This document shows, piece by piece, positions 11,655-23,825 of a DNA stretch of 64,000 nt; the stretch's first letter is position 1; the number at the start of each line of letters is the position of its first letter. The notes beneath the pieces are model-generated. The model was not told the origin of the DNA, made no database searches, and saw only the letters and a program-made list of their open reading frames with translations. Source of the stretch: Minutocellus sp. GHC0000111 (taxonomy: Eukaryota); NCBI GenBank assembly GCA_977018835.1, contig OZ361256.1:1860001-1924000 (forward strand), given 5' to 3'. A program made the position numbers and the translations under genes.

Positions 11655-14600
11655 GATTCCACTTGATACGTACAATTGTAGTTGCTCTTGGGATTGACGG
11701 AGAGCGTAGGTATTACAGCCAGGCTTGAGACGTACTAGAAGTATTGTCTGGACCAACTGCATGTGAAGAAGAAATAGACGAGAGAGAAGATAGATGTGAG
11801 AACCTGGAACGTGCTTTGTCTCCCTCGGCATTACATGTATTTGTCCAGGTCGCGCCGAACGAGGTCGATGATGTGAAGCAATTATGCCGTCGGTCACTCC
11901 GCCGGTCAGTCCATTCCAACTCTTTTCACCACCACCACCACCACCACCACCCCGTCCCGACCCGTCTCGTGCCGACCTGACCCCACCCAAAGCCGGCAAG
12001 GCGAGGCCGAGGCCGAGGCCGCCACCAAAGCCAACACCCTGCCTCCCTCGGAACATACCGGCCATAACCAGAACGTAGCAGATGAGTAACAGCAACGCCA
12101 ACTTACCTCGTATGTGCACTGATAATATCGTAGGGTGACGCAGTCCACAACTTGGGAATGGACTGACGTTATGCACTTGAGAAGACTGCGAGGTGGAGGT
12201 TGGAGTGAATGGAAATAAATGATGAGGGAGGAAGGAGGGAAGGAAGGAATCGGGTGGGGTGAGATTGTGATGAGTGCATGAGAAATATGGTCGTCATTCG
12301 CCGCCGCCCACCACTACCACCGCCACGGTGGCCACCACCATCACCATCACTTCATCTCCATCGTCATAGTCATTGGTTTGATCGGAACCGACCACTGAAC
12401 ACAATCATGTAATAATGCAGACAATCTATCTTGTCCGGCAGAGTTCAAAGATGATATACATCATGTTGCCACTGTTCCCAAAGATAGTTATCATCAACAC
12501 CACCGTCGTTGGTACCATCCCCATCCCCACCCCCATTCCGACCTCCGACCTCCATCATCTCACGTTCCTCCCAACAAATGATAAGCACCACCCCATCACC
12601 TATAATATGCACAGATCCCAGCCCACACCCGAGAGGTACCATCCATGGCCGCCATCGTGACCGACGACATCACCACCCGTCATTGCTATCAATGGCAGAC
12701 AGGACCACACCAAACGAACCGCACGGACGGGACCAAAGCCGAGGGATGCCGCCACGACCACGACCGCGTCGGCTGGTACCTCCTGCCGCTGATCACTGCC
12801 ACCCTCCGCTCCCACTCCCGGCCACCGCCCGGCCCGGCCCTCCATCCCGATGCAAAAACCCGACCCATGGCGCACCGGCACCGATGAAAATGGAACGAAA
12901 AAGGCAAACGATACTCACCTCCGATAAGTGTCTACCGTCGGAGAATTGTTGCGGCACAAATGACCGTCGTCGGTTGTAGCCGAGGCTTGCAGTTCTTGGG
13001 CACAGCGCTGTTTCGTACAGGCGGCCTTGCCGATCTTCACCGAGCAATGACAAAGGGTTGGTGTGCTTGCCGACGGGGCGAACTGGGCGAGAGTGGTGGT
13101 GTATTCGGCACCTCCGGCGGGCAAGTGGTTGTGGTTTGTGGCGTTGGGGCGCTGGCGTGCTACTGTACTGGCGATGCGATGGCGGCAGCCTGCCGATGCC
13201 GCTCGCATCGGCTCAAAAGATTTCAGATCCACTCAGTCGATCGAGTCAAAACGTTCTCTCTTCGCCGCCAATCGAGGCAGGTCACCAAGCAGCCGCGTCA
13301 CGCCTGCCCTTACGCTCGGCTGGCCGAACCGCCTTCGACCTTGCATATGGCAAGGTCGAAGCCTTCTTCGCCTCGCTAGATCTAGCTAGCCTGCAGTCCG
13401 TGGATATCAATTCAATTCACATATGCATGTTGTGCTTCGTTCGGTTCGTTCGACAGCCGATCACTCCTATCCTGCGGACGACGCCACATAGAAGAATGCA
13501 GATATGCCGACAAAGACGCAATGACATAGATAGGTGCACCGCCGACCCTACCACCAAGCCCATTCCATGCAAAGGCCCCGATGGACAGGATGGTTACAGA
13601 AAATCGTACCGACGGCCAGCGCAGCGCAGGTGTGGTGCATCACACGTGTGAAGAGATGAGCGGCCGCTGCTGTTCTCTGACGATAATGACTGAGGCACCC
13701 ATCACACATAAGTACATTATCCATCATCCGTCGTCTTGAATGAGTCATCGAGCAACGATCGTTGTGGGGGCGTGGCAATGATGGGATGGGAACGGATGGG
13801 CAGCACCTCAACATCGTACGGACCAATGTGAGATGTGCAGCGCTGCATTTGGTGGTGACAATGCAACACTTTCGATGAGGCAATATTGCAGGTATGTAAG
13901 ACCATGCGATCAACGTCAATAGATACTGAGCCGAAGTGTGCCGCTAGTCAGCCAGTGGCTTGTTCGGCGTGGCGTCGGATCAGATGAAGGCTTTTCGATG
14001 ATGAATGAAATCTGAATGCCGCGGAGGACGGAGAAAAACCTTGTGGGCAGCGATGGCGGATGGTCGCTGGCCGTTGACAATACTGAAGGAACGATGATGA
14101 TAATATATTATCTGTGGCCGAAAGATCAAACGAAGCAGAAGGCGGCATTGGTCCTACCCGTACCCGCACATGATCACTGAGTTAGCTGGAGGTGGAATGC
14201 AATCCAACAAGGATGTTCCCGACGACCGAAGCATTTGTGTTTCTGCATGATCGGATCGCCCCACGAGCATGAAACATGCCACTGCAAAATCGGAGAAGGA
14301 AGAAAGCATCTTTGTTCGTGGTAGGCCTAGTGCGCTGTGGTGACGGCTTGGCCAAAAATGAGATGGCCTCTTCCCATCCACCTTATAGCTAGCCACACCG
14401 CACACGAAGGCGCTGTAACGAGCACCTATTCTCGTGCTGGGAGGAGATCAATTGCCCATGAGGAGATCTGGCAGAAGATTCTTTGTCTGGGTTTTCCCTT
14501 CCACGGTGATTTGTTCGTCAAAACGATATTCCACGGTCACACTTCCAGTGCATCTTGTGTTCATTATTTATTTGCATTCTCATCGCTTTTTTCGGCATTT

Positions 14601-14964
14601 TGACTCTCGGTCTGTCCGAGATTTGTGGCAGGGGCGGGAGATTTTTCTGGCTGACCCAGTCGAACAAGTCTGGCTTCCTGGACGGCAAACTGGACTGGCT
14701 TGGTTGGGAGCCGCCGGGACGCAAGCAAGCAAGTGGCATTATCACAAAAATGCTCCTCTAGGAGAGAATGAAATCGTTCCCTTTGTGGATAGGGGACTCT
14801 ATTACATCTAGATCTATAAGGAGCGCTCTGTGTACCGGTATCGAGAAGCCAAAGATATGGCCATGCCCGATGCGTGTGCACATGATCTGTCTTGCTTGCA
14901 AAAGCACATTTAGACTGCAGGTACATGTACCGGTACCGGAACATGTAACATCATTTCTCAATCA

Positions 14965-17900
14965 TCACCTACTAGTGCTGTTAGCTACACTCGCGCTGAA
15001 TGACTGCATCGATGATGAAACGGCTGAGAATCGAAATCCAATTTTACGATGAGCGCTGCTTTCCTTCTCTCTTGCCAGATAGCTCAGATCATCGAATCGC
15101 TGCCTACCTTGCATGTTCGATCCCTTCTTGTGATATGATTTATTCCTGGACTGAGATTCGATTAGATCACTTCGGCGCCGGCTCAATTCATTGGCCTTCG
15201 CGAGTGCTCCCCACTCCGAATACAGGCGATGAGCCCGAGTAATGTAAATCTCGGGCCAATAGTAATCGGTTGGATCGTCCAGATCCCCTTCTTTCCTTAG
15301 CCGAAGAAGGTATTCTCCAGCCCTTTCATTCGCTAGAGCTGCATCCTGTCCGAACCCAGATCTCTGGCTGCTGGATATTGCCGCATCATAGATTCGACGA
15401 ATATCATTGATGGAGCTGTCGCAATCTGTTTTCACTTCATCGACCGCGCCCTTGGTAGAAGCCAGCTCTGCCTTCAGGATCAGGTACTTATGGAGGCAAT
15501 TTATACCGCCAGCTGTCGTCCACTTCTTCAGCTTGGCGGCCATTTTCTGGGCGAGTTGTTTGTACTTCCGTTTCCGGTGTTTTCGATAAAGATCCACCCC
15601 GATGAGGCCGAAGAAGAATATCCGTGCGCACGCGAAATAATGCCACTCATTCGAACCGCCCAGCTTTAGTAATTTGTCGCATAAGTCTTTCGCCAGGGTG
15701 AGCTCCCCAAAATATACTGCTAATTGCATTTGATAAGACCACGCACTTTGCTCGCCAATATTCTTGTCATTGTCAAACAATTTTCCTGCCTCGTACGCCT
15801 CCCCCTCCATCAGCAAGGGATTATTAGAGCTACCCATTAAGTTCAAAACGCACTGCCACAAAGGGAGCGTCAGGAAGAAGACGGCCTTTTGTTTGTGTTC
15901 CGCCATCTTGGAGGCAAAAGCTTGAATATCTTCCACCAGAGGTCCCAATGGAAGCCCGGAATAGTAGTATAGTGTGACGTAGGCTAGCGCTGAATAAAAT
16001 GCGTGCTCAATATCTCCACTTTCCAGGCCAATACGATGCCCAAGGAGAAGAGGGTCGAGGCTTCGTGATAGGGGCTCCCTCCAGTGGTTGATCTATCGCG
16101 TGAATTGGAAAAAAGGGGCGGGAAATCAAATGATAAATGAGAAACGATGATGAACTTGCGATGCGCATGGGTTTATTACAAATTTTCTGGGAAAATAATG
16201 CAGTTGGACAAGCAACTGAACATACCATTGTGAAAACATTAAAGTAGAGCTGGGACGCAGACTCTTTTGCTTGCAAGCGTTTAGAAAGCAAAGTTGCAAT
16301 CTTCCCATAGCGGTGCCCCTCGATTAGATCCCCAACGGGATAGATTAGGATTTCGCCATACATGCAAAAGGCAAATGGCGTCATCGTACATAGGCCATGT
16401 TCCAACGTAAGCCCTATCATCTTGCAAGAGATGAGAGATATGTGATGCTTCTTCCCCACTAATCAAGATTTGATAGAAGCAAATGGAACGAGAAACAAAG
16501 AAAGAAGAGTGAGCAAATAGCTTAAGCAAATGTTGATGCGTGCAGAGCAATCTTCGAAAGAAATTACCGCGTAGTGTTACTCACAGTGCCAAGCAGCGTT
16601 CAGGAGTCTGCTCAAAAGCTTCATGGCTGCAATTATGAGAGTGTCGGTCATGGTCGGCAGGTAAAGGAAGTCTTCCTCCGATGAATATCGGTCAAGAGCC
16701 TTTTTTGTCTTTTCAAGTTCTCGTTTTACTTGGCGTCGGAGCTTCCAACCAGCTGATTGCATAAGATGCACACCAAGTTGTTCGAGCAATGAGCAGCAAA
16801 GCTTCCAAGTTTCTTCGTTATCGCCCTGAGAACTGTGAGCATTGACCAAAGTGAAAAAAGGCCCAAGCTTATCTTCAAATGACTGGGCATTCGCTGTAAT
16901 AATATTGCACCTTTCGATGCATTCGGATATATTCCCACGGCATAAATCCATCTCAGCAATAAGTTGCTCATAGTCCAATCGCAACTCGTAGCCTTCGCTA
17001 TCAGTGCTGCTCCAGGAACTTTTCTCGCCGAGCAATTCAATGCCAGATGATAGTAGCCCAGAGGCTGTAGAAAATGCCGATTCGTCTATTGTGGCCAATG
17101 CTGTGTCCAAGTAAAGCCCGGCCAGGTCAAATCGTTCCTTCTCGTCAGTCAAAAGTGGAGCACAGCGACCGAATTGTTCCACTGCAGCAAACATTGCCCA
17201 TTCCTCTTCATTTGCGTCGTCCGTCTTAGAGTAGATATTCCATAAAAATTCTCCCGAGAAGGAGGTGCATCCTACCCCGCTCCATCGAGCAAACGGGCAA
17301 AAGTGAGTACGCAGCAACTTGAATGCGGTCATGAGGCCACCTATATCGCTCGCTATTGTCAAAGGCATATCCAACCACTTCAAGCAAGCCATCATCGACT
17401 GCATCGTCGAGCATCTTTGTTGTCATTTTCTCGATTTCTGACAGAGATTCATGTGGAATGAACGAAAAGATATCATCTTCGTCCCCATTGCCGCTATCAC
17501 TGGCCTCTCGGGCCTTGAAGAGTATGCTGACAAGGTCATCTCGACTGAAATTCGATGAGAGACAAGAAGCGATCATAAGGAGAGATTGATTTGATGCAGG
17601 AAGCCTCTTGATTCTACTCGCGGTCATACCGACGACATTGCTTGATATGTCGATTCCATCCTTGACTCGTTGCAAGTCGCCAACAACCCAACAAAATTCG
17701 CTCGGGGAGTATTTAATCATTCGCTTCGTTTCCATTTCTCGTATCAATGACAGGAGGTAAAATACGTTGCCTAGGGTCTTTCTATGGAGAACTTCTGCCA
17801 AGGGCTGTATCGTTTCGGTATCTTGGGCCAACAAGTCAGAAAGGATATCGGCACAACCATCAACGTTCAGACCTGTCACTTCTACTCGAGAAATGGCACC

Positions 17901-20016
17901 TCTCTCTTCTTCGATATAGCGTACCATCTCGTGCCAGGCATCTTGACGTTCTTTTTCGGCAAAATCACCATCATCATCTTCTTCTTCTCTGTAAGCTAGC
18001 ACAATCATAAGACCAGATATAGCAGCATCGGTCGCAAAAGCTTTGATCAATTCCATTGACGAAGAGTCTGCCCACTGCACGTCATCAAAGTGCAAAACAA
18101 CTGGTGCAAATCGGATATTTTCATTTGTTTTTGACCCATCCTCCACATCAGTTTCACCGCACAGCGCACCGAGGAACGATCGAATGACAAAGGCAAAGCG
18201 CCGCTGAGCCATATTCCAGTCTGTGGACCCAGCATCGGTACCGGAGCTGATGCCCCCAGCTGTGCCCTTCCTAGTACGAAATCCACCTCCGATGGAAGAA
18301 AGCCTACGGCTCGAGGATGCCTGAGCAATATCCACGTCGCCGGGCTCCCCAAAAACACTCCAAATAATTGGTCCTATGATCTTCGAGAGTAGAGCAAGAC
18401 CCTCGACGCCACCAACAGCCTCACGGACTCTACTGACAATCTTGGCACGATACTCGACGTCAAAACGGCCTTCCTCCTCGGAGATTACATGAGCATGGCC
18501 GTTTTGATCGCTCTCATCCACAATGGCATCCTCGGGCGGCTGTAGCTGCCTGCAGAGCTCGGAAAACGCCGATGCAATCGCCGCATAGGGGCGCACATGG
18601 TCTGAAGAGCGCTGACGTGTATGTGTTGCCTCGGATTCATGATTTAGGCGTGCAAATGACGGTCGCTTGGAGTAGCTGAGACGCCTACCACGGCGTCCAT
18701 CGACGTTTCCATTTCCTGGTGGCCCTTGCCGCGCCCCATCGTAAGCATCGTTGCTCTTCGATGTGACCGTGAAAGGTTGGTTGAATTTTCCAGAGCCAAA
18801 TAGAACCTTTTTGCGTCTGTTCAAATAATGATTCGGCTGCTGTGTTTGACCTTGCTCGTCTTCTTCTTTCCGCGTCATCTTCTGGTAATGCAGCTGCGTC
18901 AAAATCGATGGGATTACACGCCGACGGAACTCATGAAAGAGGGCAGTCTTCCCAGTACCTGATTTTCCGCTCAATATTACCACCTCGGACTCGAATGACA
19001 ATGTTGCGGCGCCTATGCTCGACACGAGCCCGCGACAGCTGTGGCTGCTGGGAGGGTAGTGACGTCCGCCTGTTGCTATCACTACCATTTCTTTTTGATG
19101 AATCAGCTGCTGTACTACTACCGCCATTGTCTTCGTGAGAGCATGCTCCATTACCATTGTTGGGAGACGGCTTGGCGATGGCATCGTTCCGAGCGGCAGT
19201 CGTGGTAGTAGTATCCTCGGTACCGCCGCCGTAGCAAAAGAGAGCAACCCTCCGGAAGCACTTCTCCAGCACGGCCATTTCCTCTTGCCGACCTCGAAGG
19301 GGCACATCATTCAGCGCAAGTCGCTTCTCCTCGCCAAACACGCTGACGACCGACGGCAGGCCGATGCTCATGCTGAGGGTGCTGGCCGAGCTCATGACGG
19401 TGCCTGTCCAACCACCGGCCGCGCTGGTGTTCATGCTCCCCCCTCCGGCACCGGCGCTGCCTCGACCGCCGCCAATGGCCACCGCCGATAGGCCGGTGAG
19501 GACACCAATGGAGGCATCCATACCCGATGCATTGTCGGCACCGACGGCAAAGCCACCGCCGCTGCTGTGACTGCCTTCGCTCGCACGGGAAAGCGCCAAT
19601 GAATGCGACGATCGTCGGCGATTGGCACCAGCCGATGACCGCCGCCGGCGAAGGTGCAATAGTCCCGAACCCGACGTATGCGACCGTCGCTTCTTGGGAA
19701 TGGGTGCGTTGTCATCATTCGCTGTACTGCCGCAAGAATCCTCGACTTGCACAATCGAGCTCTCGGTGCCGGTGGTACTTCTGGTACGTGTTCGCTGGAT
19801 GACGTCAATGTGGAACGATGCTCGGCGCGTCCCATCGTTGGACCGGCGCCGACGCCCGCCGTGCCCCGATGACTCGGATGCTCGACGATTGATGAGGATG
19901 GACGATGGACCGGGGGCAGGTATTGCCGCATTAGCATTCATGTCCGATGAGGGCACTGCTGCCTGTGCCTCCTTCTTCTCCTCCTCCTCCTCGGCTCCTG
20001 CGCTACTGCTGTTCAT
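14965..20016 (-). CDS. Large AAA_16/STAND-like P-loop ATPase with helical C-terminal region; 2 introns and 2 apparent frameshifts (possible pseudogene or assembly error), copy 1
   Basis: LRGRQEEMAVLEKCFRRV; Walker A SGKSGTGKT; Walker B VVLHFDDVQWAD; KTLGNVFY; HDRIQVAAYSL; DAALANERAG. Introns at 16584-16459 and 16225-16093 (GT-AG; the joins read WHLGKKH and FTMINHWREP). Frame breaks at ~19040 and 17244-17248. Confidence 0.8.
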
Positions 20017-20600
20017 AATGCTCAAAACAACATGAGCTTCCAATAGGAATTCCTACCTGAAGAGCAAGTAAGCCAAGATGGGGGCGACCTCTTTCGGCAA
20101 GACGTGGTTGTCTCTGGTTCTCCAAGTCATTCGTCGGTCGGGTTGATCTGATCTCTAGTGATGTGTGGCTTGCCATCGCGTGGTGGGTATCTGGTGGGGA
20201 AAAGGGGGACCCAAGCACGTGAGGCCGGGCCTGAGAGGCGAAAAACGCGTAAGCATCGCCATCTGGCCATAATAGCAACTTCCGCAGGAGAAGAAACACC
20301 TCCATTTTCAATAAGTAAACTCAGCGGCACCCGCCGCGGGGATCTCATTTTTACTATGAGAAAGATTAGAAAAAGAAAGTCAGTCGAAGCCTCCCCATAA
20401 GTAAAAGGGATGCCGCATCTGTAAAAAAGAAAGCGAGTGATCCAGGTCGAGCGAGTCAAGTATCTTCCCCAACTTGAACGTCCATCCTCCGGGTCTTTTG
20501 ATGTCAACCAAAAAGACATCGGCGGCAGATCTTCGTGCGCACTTTGGGAAGAATACTCATAAAGAAGAACCCGCCAATCGAAAATAGCCAAACCAACAAG

Positions 20601-20960
20601 ATGAAGACTACCTGCACAGCCCTGTCCCTCCTCCTTCTTCTCCCCTCCGCCGCCGTCGCCACCAACCCCTTTGTGACGCTGGGCCTCAATGAAGATTTTG
20701 CTCGTCTGGACAGGCACGCCCACGACGCGAAGATGAGACGGATTGCCGCCCACCGGAACGCCAACGCCAACACAAACCCCATTCTTCCGGCAGAAGCCGA
20801 TTCTGCATCTGCCGGCGTCCAGATGGCTCAAAACAGTGCCGCCGGTGGTCGCCCTCCCATTGTCAATGCCATCGCCAACGCCGTCGAGGATTGCGATCCT
20901 GACATGCTCTTCCAAAGAGAAAAATCTCGTCATCATCAAGGCGATGCCAAGCTCGTTTGA
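20601..20960 (+). CDS. Small signal-peptide-bearing protein, possibly truncated, copy 1
   Basis: MKTTCTALSLLLLLPSAAVATNPF... is a clear signal peptide with coding-like GC3; only 119 aa; no recognisable domain. Confidence 0.45.
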   Translation: MKTTCTALSLLLLLPSAAVATNPFVTLGLNEDFARLDRHAHDAKMRRIAAHRNANANTNPILPAEADSASAGVQMAQNSAAGGRPPIVNAIANAVEDCDPDMLFQREKSRHHQGDAKLV

Positions 20961-21988
20961 ATGCATCGAACATGCTGCAACGAATACGCGTAAAGTGAAG
21001 GGAGAAGGAATGTGTCGACCCGTTTCCATCTTTCGAGGGCAGGGCCATCAAGGAATTAATGACGGGATTTTGTTTGTACTACTAGTCAGTATCTTTTTTG
21101 TAGAGTTGATAAGAACCTATTAGCCAGCGCAGAGATTTATGTGCAAAGTTTACTTTTTTGAAATTACTAGCTAGAGGGGACATAGCTTACGTACTTATCC
21201 TATGCAGACTTTGCATAGAAACACCGACGAAACAAGCATGCTGCCCTTGAAACTTTGTGGTTTATGGCTTTTTTCCGTATCGGATAAATGATTCATGTCT
21301 TTCCTTCCAAAAGCCAGTCAAGTGTACCGTGACTATTCGAACTGGCGAGAAATATACAATCTTGTATTGAAAGCAACTATAATCCAAATTTGTGTGCATT
21401 TGAGATCGCACATGAACTCAGTTGTGGGGATAACAAATTTTCTTCCCGACAGGAGGAGTCGAGTCAAATGAAATGTACGCTTTGCCATATTTTTTGAAGA
21501 CGAGGAATGGGCCTAGTACATATTTGCACAATTTTAATCATAATATAGTCATTAAGTCTGCTTCTTTAAATGACGCCTGTTCATCGATGCGAGATTTCTT
21601 TCCAGGATGGTTGCTGCTTGCTTGTCTTGAGCAACTGTGCGCATCATCACTCAAAAGCACAGAAGCACCTCTGCCAATTAGTCGCTCCAATCTACAGGGT
21701 TTCTCGTGATATTACCGGGAAGAGGATCAAGGGAATATTTTGACCGGTTAATCGATCTGGTACATCTGGCAGCGACGGCCGATCAAGACACTCCAATACC
21801 TACGGCACATTCCATTGCCTTCAATTTATCTCCCCGAATATATAGATTTCAAAGGCAAGCGATTGACCGATTCCCTCTTCCTCTCCTCTGGAATGCACTA
21901 CGCTTCCGAACTGACCGTGCTCCTAATTACTAACGTAGCTCTCTAACTAAAGACCGGTAGCTCTACTAGCTACTAGAGCTGGTTGGTA

Positions 21989-22480
21989 TCACCGCTCCTT
22001 CATGGTATCGGCATCGTCCTTTTCCCTCCTTTGCTTCTCCTCCATCTCCGCCTGCTCTTTCTCCCCCGTTTGGTTCTGGAACCACTCATCCTGCGACCAA
22101 ACGGCCTGGTTCGACCCCAACTTGACCTGTCCGGCGGCACGGGCCAAATTCACCGTCAGCGTCCGTCCCATCAACTCACTCCCGTCCAAATTGTATATGG
22201 CCTCGGCGGCATCTTCGCTCTCTTCGAAGTCCACGAATGCAAAGCCCTTGTGCGTTCCCTTTCCGTAGTCCATCGGCACGTCAATCGATTTGATGGGGCC
22301 GAAGGGAACCAGCGCCGCGCGCAGCGTGATGGGAGTCACGTCCTCGGCCAGTCCGCCGACGTAAAGCGAACGGTTCGATTGGAGAGACGTGGCGGCCGCC
22401 GCTGCTGTTGCTGCTGTGGTGGAGGTATTTGTTGTTGCTCCTGCCGATGAGGAACTCGGATCGGCAACGGCGGCGGACAT
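21989..22480 (-). CDS. Cyclophilin E (PPIE/CYP33)-type RRM protein lacking the PPIase domain, copy 1
   Basis: RNP2 LYVGGL, RNP1 KGFAFVDF, EDAAEAIYNLDGSELMGRTLTVNLA and the PPIE-typical AVWSQDEW after the RRM. Confidence 0.85.
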   Translation of the reverse strand: MSAAVADPSSSSAGATTNTSTTAATAAAAATSLQSNRSLYVGGLAEDVTPITLRAALVPFGPIKSIDVPMDYGKGTHKGFAFVDFEESEDAAEAIYNLDGSELMGRTLTVNLARAAGQVKLGSNQAVWSQDEWFQNQTGEKEQAEMEEKQRREKDDADTMKER

Positions 22481-23825
22481 GATGAAGCAAATATCTTGTT
22501 GGGGTGTTGGGGTGTCGGGAATTCGTGATGCGGTACAAGGAAAGTCAGGTACGAGGCAGGAGCGTTCAGCATCAGGTCAAGAAGTCACCAAGCAGCAACG
22601 CAAGGTGGCGTGGGTCGCGGTCGGTCGGTGCTTGGAAGGTGACGGACAGACGATATCAGCACGTCGTCTTCTTCCCTATCTCGAACTGAGATCCTTCAAA
22701 ACGATAGAAACAAACGAAAACTGAGATGAGGAGAAGAACCAGGGTTAGTACGAGAGGTAACGTCGGTGGATCAACGTCAATAGATACTGAGCCGAAGTGT
22801 GCCGCTAGTCAGCCAGTGGCTTGTTCGGCGTGGCGTCGGATCAGATGAAGGCTTTTCGATGATGAATGAAATCTGAATGCCGCGGAGGACGGAGAAAAAC
22901 CTTGTGGGCAGCGATGGCGGATGGTCGCTGGCCGTTGACAATACTGAAGGAACGATGATGATAATATATTATCTGTGGCCGAAAGATCAAACGAAGCAGA
23001 AGGCGGCATTGGTCCTACCCGTACCCGCACATGATCACTGAGTTAGCTGGAGGTGGAATGCAATCCAACAAGGATGTTCCCGACGACCGAAGCATTTGTG
23101 TTTCTGCATGATCGGATCGCCCCACGAGCATGAAACATGCCACTGCAAAATCGGAGAAGGAAGAAAGCATCTTTGTTCGTGGTAGGCCTAGTGCGCTGTG
23201 GTGACGGCTTGGCCAAAAATGAGATGGCCTCTTCCCATCCACCTTATAGCTAGCCACACCGCACACGAAGGCGCTGTAACGAGCACCTATTCTCGTGCTG
23301 GGAGGAGATCAATTGCCCATGAGGAGATCTGGCAGAAGATTCTTTGTCTGGGTTTTCCCTTCCACGGTGATTTGTTCGTCAAAACGATATTCCACGGTCA
23401 CACTTCCAGTGCATCTTGTGTTCATTATTTATTTGCATTCTCATCGCTTTTTTCGGCATTTTGACTCTCGGTCTGTCCGAGATTTGTGGCAGGGGCGGGA
23501 GATTTTTCTGGCTGACCCAGTCGAACAAGTCTGGCTTCCTGGACGGCAAACTGGACTGGCTTGGTTGGGAGCCGCCGGGACGCAAGCAAGCAAGTGGCAT
23601 TATCACAAAAATGCTCCTCTAGGAGAGAATGAAATCGTTCCCTTTGTGGATAGGGGACTCTATTACATCTAGATCTATAAGGAGCGCTCTGTGTACCGGT
23701 ATCGAGAAGCCAAAGATATGGCCATGCCCGATGCGTGTGCACATGATCTGTCTTGCTTGCAAAAGCACATTTAGACTGCAGGTACATGTACCGGTACCGG
23801 AACATGTAACATCATTTCTCAATCA

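Larger units (their letters stand above)
13908..22768. repeat. Tandem segmental duplication, copy 1 (8,861 bp)
   Basis: Sequence from 13908 (GATCAACGTCAATAG) recurs at 22769. All ORFs in the track recur identically at +8861. Confidence 0.97.

Noticed and set aside
11655..12176. N-terminal extension of kinase ORF 10371-12176
   Set aside because: It translates CAC/GGC simple repeats and non-coding-like sequence; ATG 11654 is preferred, though unproven.
12180..13900. Several short ORFs and a GTGAGT donor-like site near 12915
   Set aside because: Low-complexity translations with no recognisable domain or consistent gene model.
13948..14960. Short ORFs downstream of the ATPase (also at +8861)
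   Set aside because: No motifs, and overlapping in conflicting frames; treated as intergenic.
22766..22775. GATC at the duplication junction as a restriction-ligation (Hi-C) chimera
   Set aside because: The donor end (31630) has no GATC, so the junction is not a site-to-site ligation.
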